Shown here one piece after another: positions 58,536 through 64,000 of a stretch of 64,000 nucleotides of DNA. The DNA is from Eledone cirrhosa (taxonomy: Eukaryota): assembly GCA_964016885.1 (NCBI GenBank), contig OZ024752.1:40238001-40302000 (forward strand). The letters are read 5' to 3'. The translations under genes and the position numbers were made by a program. The stretch's first letter is position 1. Every line of letters begins with the position of its first letter. The notes under the pieces were generated by a model, which worked only from the letters and a program-made list of their open reading frames with translations, did not search any database and had not been told where the DNA came from.

Positions 58536-58829
58536 GTGTGTTTGTGTGTGTGTGTGTGTGTGCATATGTTTGTGCTTGTATGTGGGTGAGTGTGTGTATG
58601 TGTTTGTGTGAGTGTGTGTGTGTGTGTTGGCATATGTTTGTGCTTGTATGTGGGTGAGTGTGTGTGTGTGTGTGCATATGTTTGTGTTTGTATGTGGGTG
58701 AGTGTGTGTGTGTGTGTGCATATGTTTGTGTTTGTATGTGGGTGAGTGTGTGTATGTGTTTGAGTGAGTGTGTGTGTGTGTTGGCATATGTTTGTGCTTG
58801 TATGTGGGTGAGTGTGTGTATGTGTTTGA

Positions 58830-58865
<36 letters not shown>

Positions 58866-59281
58866 ATATCTTTGTGCTTGTATGTGGGTGAGTGGGTGTA
58901 TGTGTTTGTGTGAGTGTGTGTGTGTGTGCATATGTTTGTGCTTGTATGTGGGTGAGTGTGTGTATGTGTTTGAGTGAGTGTGTGTGTGTTGGCATATGTT
59001 TGTGCTTGTATGTGGGTGAGTGTGTGAATGCTTTTGTGTGAGTGTGTGTGCATATGTTTGTGCTTGTATGTGGGTGAGTGTGTGTATGTGTTTGTGTGAG
59101 TGTGTGTGTGCATATGTTTGTGCTTGTATGTGGGTGAGTGTGTGTATGCTTATGTGTGAGTGTGTGTGTGTGTGCATATGTTTGTGCTTGTATGTGGGTG
59201 AGTGTGTGTATGTGTTTGTGTGAGTGTGTGTGTGTGCATATGTTTGTGCTTGTATGTGGGTGAGTGTGTGTATGTGTTTGA
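58481..59281. repeat. TG-derived compound minisatellite
   Basis: Recurrent core GCATATGTTTGTGCTTGTATGTGGGTGAG separated by variable TG runs. Confidence 0.93.
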
Positions 59282-59427
59282 GAGAATGTGAGATGTGAGA
59301 AAAACCACAGACCCTCCATCTCAACTCTACTTTTGAAAAGCAGAAGAACTGCGAAACCGGTAAAGGAACCAAATAAATATATATATTTAAAAAAAATAAG
59401 ACTCCAGTTGCATTTTCGATTTCATCT

Positions 59428-60705
<1,278 letters not shown>

Positions 60706-60822
60706 TATATGCAAAAGTTCTATTTAAAATTGTTGGGATACAACAAGTAAGACAGCTTCCAAAAATAATGGTTGCATTTAATAGGGTACGTCAAAATTAT
60801 TTATAAAACTGTTTATATATTG

Positions 60823-60887
60823 TATTTTGTCTGATGAAGGCATACCATATTTTAATTTGGTATCCCTGAAATATGTATAATGAAATA
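60823..60887 (+). ncRNA. Minimal type I hammerhead ribozyme motif
   Basis: TATTTTGT-CTGATGA-AGGCATACCA..TGGTATCCCT-GAAAT-ATGT-ATA-ATGAAATA. Confidence 0.65.
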
Positions 60888-61026
60888 AATATGGTTTTAT
60901 AAATATAGTTTCCATTTCTTTAATATTGTATAGATATATATATTTACATATATGAAAAATTCGGGACCCCGACGGCTGAGCTCAGGCCGTTTCAATAGTT
61001 AGATCCGAACTTTTTACCGCCTCCAT

Positions 61027-61072
<46 letters not shown>

Positions 61073-61111
61073 ATATATATATATATATAGTATATATATA
61101 TATCCATTACA

Positions 61112-61179
<68 letters not shown>

Positions 61180-61188
<9 letters not shown>

Positions 61189-61614
61189 AAATTAAGTGTG
61201 TGTGTGTCTGTGTGTCTGTCTATTACCTATAGGGGCCTACATCTTACGACCGATTTTCATGAAACTTTACAGGCTCATACATTAGTCATCGGGGAGTGTT
61301 ATCAGCGTATCGTTTTTTTTTATTCCGAGGTCATTCTACAGATAAAAATCGATAGGGGGGGTCACCTTTTTTTTAGGTATCGAAAAATAAGATTTTTGGC
61401 TCTAGCTCCCACATTTTGCCACCGATTTCGTTCAAATGTTAAAGACAAATAGAATTTATCATTGCACATCCTGTAATGGCTTTATATTTTGCATTTGTTC
61501 TTCTGGGACGGCGTGGCAGCCGCTTAGATATTCAAAAATACCACTTTTAGACTCAAATTTCCACTTTTTCAGCTCTAGCTCCCAATTCAGGAGAGTCAAC
61601 GGTCATCCAGTAGT
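61180..61614 (+). mobile_element. Probable non-autonomous Helitron-like repeat
   Basis: TATATATAAAA start followed by GTCT/GTGT repeats; 3' end degenerate. Confidence 0.4.
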
Positions 61615-61693
61615 GTGTAGATATTTATATATTCTGTGTAGATATGTATATGAATATATATGTGTGCATGTACACACACACACACACACACAT

Positions 61694-61747
<54 letters not shown>

Positions 61748-62177
61748 CCCATGCTCGCGTGGAACATGGACATTAAACGATGATGATGATGATGATGATG
61801 ATGATATATATATATATATATATATATGAAAAGTATGTGTACAAACCAATCAAGAAGGCGAGATAGTATAATCGATAATTTTTATTTTTATGAACTGAAT
61901 TTTGATATGATTTCTGAAACAATTGTAAACCAATAAATATTTGTTCAATAATTCGGCATATTGTATTCTCTAACAATTTCATCATCATCATCATCATCAA
62001 CGTTTAACGTCCGTGTTCCACGCTTGCATGGGTTTGTATATATATATATATATATACAAGTTAATATAAATTAATATATATGATAAACACAAATACCAAC
62101 ATATAAGTGTTTGTAAGTAAGACCCCGACGGCTGAGCTCAAGCCGTTTCGACGGCTAATTCTGTACTATATATAAAA

Positions 62178-62236
<59 letters not shown>

Positions 62237-64000
62237 GTGACATGGAAATAATTGGTTTGGTGCCAAAGCACGTTGTTACCCCCCCCCCCCCCCCCCCGGT
62301 CTTTGTTTGGATATCATATTCTAGGAGAAGGAAAACACTGATGTAAAAACCTGCAACTGAATAGCAGCCAATGTTATTGATCTGTTCTTCGTTTTTGGAT
62401 ACCTATCATCATTGTTGAGAAAGTGTCATTGGTCCAGTGCATGGCCTTTCTGCACTTAAAAAAGCTTCAAGCACAGACATCACTTGATCTAAATGTCTTA
62501 TATGTGTGTTGCATGAGCTTGCCTGGTCATAGCTGAAAAGGTTTTTTTTTTCTTTCTTTTTTCATTGCAGCCTTTATAGAAAAGAATATTCATTCATTCA
62601 TTCATTCATTCATCGACTACTGTCGAGATGACGGATCTCACTCTCATGCCCCAGAATCCAGGAACCCCCGGTGCAGTTAGTTGCGAAATCCATCATCTTT
62701 TCAAATAGCTAATAATTCTTTCACATGTGGGTGCCACTACTACACACATGTGAAAGAATTTGACAGCCAAGTCTTGAAGAATATAAGTCCTTGACATAGC
62801 TAAAAAGTCAAGTTCATGCCTCACACATGTGACAAAATTATCAAGTGATGATATTTCTTGAAAGCAAGATGCGGCCATCAAATATATATTCATTAATTGT
62901 TTCTACTTTAGGCACAAGGCCAGCAATTACCCAGTGCATTACTGGTACTTTATTTTATCGACCCCCGTAAGGATGAAAGGCAAAGTCAACCTCGGCAGGA
63001 TTTGAACTCATAATTTGATTTAATAATAATAATCATTGTTTCTACTTTTGGCACAAGGCCAGCAATTACCCAGTGCATTACTGGTACTTTATTTTATCGA
63101 CCCCCGTAAGGATGAAAGGCAAAGTCAACCTCGGCGGGATTTGAACTCATTAATGTATTTGTTTTGCAAGATTCTTGATGTGGAATCGTGTTTGGAAACA
63201 GATATTGTTATATTTGGGGATGATGATGTAGAAACCATTGAAATAGTACGGAATATATATAAGAATTATACAAGTTACAACTCAAGATTAATTCTTCTGC
63301 TCCCAAGATTGGTATTAATAAAAGAGGAATGCTCGTGTTTTTCTTAATGTAGACATAGACATTTTCTTACAATGGTTACATTGTCGACAAGGTTCCAGTT
63401 TTCATTGCTGGGAACAGACAGTGTACCCCCCCAAAAAAAACCCTGTATATAGTTAATTAAGGATGCATCATCATAATCACTATTTTAACATCTACTTTCC
63501 CTGCAGGCCAGGGATCTATATCTTACTGATGTACTCCTTCCTATTGATATAACAATCTATACTCAACAATTTTCAGAAGCTAAAGTTTATTCTTATTTAT
63601 TGAACATAATGATATTTCTGTAAGTTTGTTTGTCCTGGTGTCTTACTGAGAATAAATTATGAAGGCAAATATTGTAAAGAAACTTTATACAATAGTAAGT
63701 TACCAACATGTTAGTGCATGTGTTTGGAAATATAGTGTTAAACTTACAAACAAACATATTTTATTTGCCTTTCATCCTTACGGGGTCGATAAAATAAAGT
63801 ACCAATAATGTACTGGGTAATTGCTGGCCTTGTGCCAAAAGTAGAAACAATATTTTCATCAATATATTTGCAATAAACATTAATATTATTTCCTTTTTTC
63901 GTATCACCCTCATCTTAGTCAATGGTGAATCTTGTAAGTCAGTATAAGATGACTGAACAATTTTACTCATCTTCTTCTAGAACTTCAGTATTTTTCTTTG

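Noticed and set aside
57571-59372. KERK, FLSF and HT-rich ORFs
   Set aside because: Microsatellite translations
62620-62893. 66-aa minus-strand ORF
   Set aside because: No recognisable motif or splice context; cut by a SINE; could be a relic but cannot be supported
63860-64000. Possible last exon of an upstream minus-strand gene (..KKNTEVLEEDE-stop)
   Set aside because: Too short at the window edge to support

Overview
AT-rich, repeat-dense animal genomic DNA. The RTE LINEs with (GAT)n tails, tRNA-derived SINEs and abundant TA/CA microsatellites look like an octopus-type (coleoid cephalopod) genome; this is an inference. The main content is one large minus-strand gene, reconstructed by hand as 32 coding exons from an ATG at 51760 down to 446. 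All introns are GT-AG and all phases match, giving at least 1400 codons, and the gene runs off the left edge. The protein has a signal peptide, an RTKR furin-type site and helical repeats resembling the mesothelin/otoancorin/stereocilin family. Its C-terminal half is a 3-exon module repeated 6 times, apparently as a duplicated block of three modules. Introns and upstream DNA hold two long 5'-truncated RTE LINEs, many SINEs of at least 3 families, three retroposon-derived tandem arrays, minisatellites, hAT/piggyBac/Tigger-type MITEs, Helitrons, a Penelope-like element and several hammerhead-ribozyme motifs. The 200-N gap lies inside an exon and appears spurious. All coordinates were read by eye.
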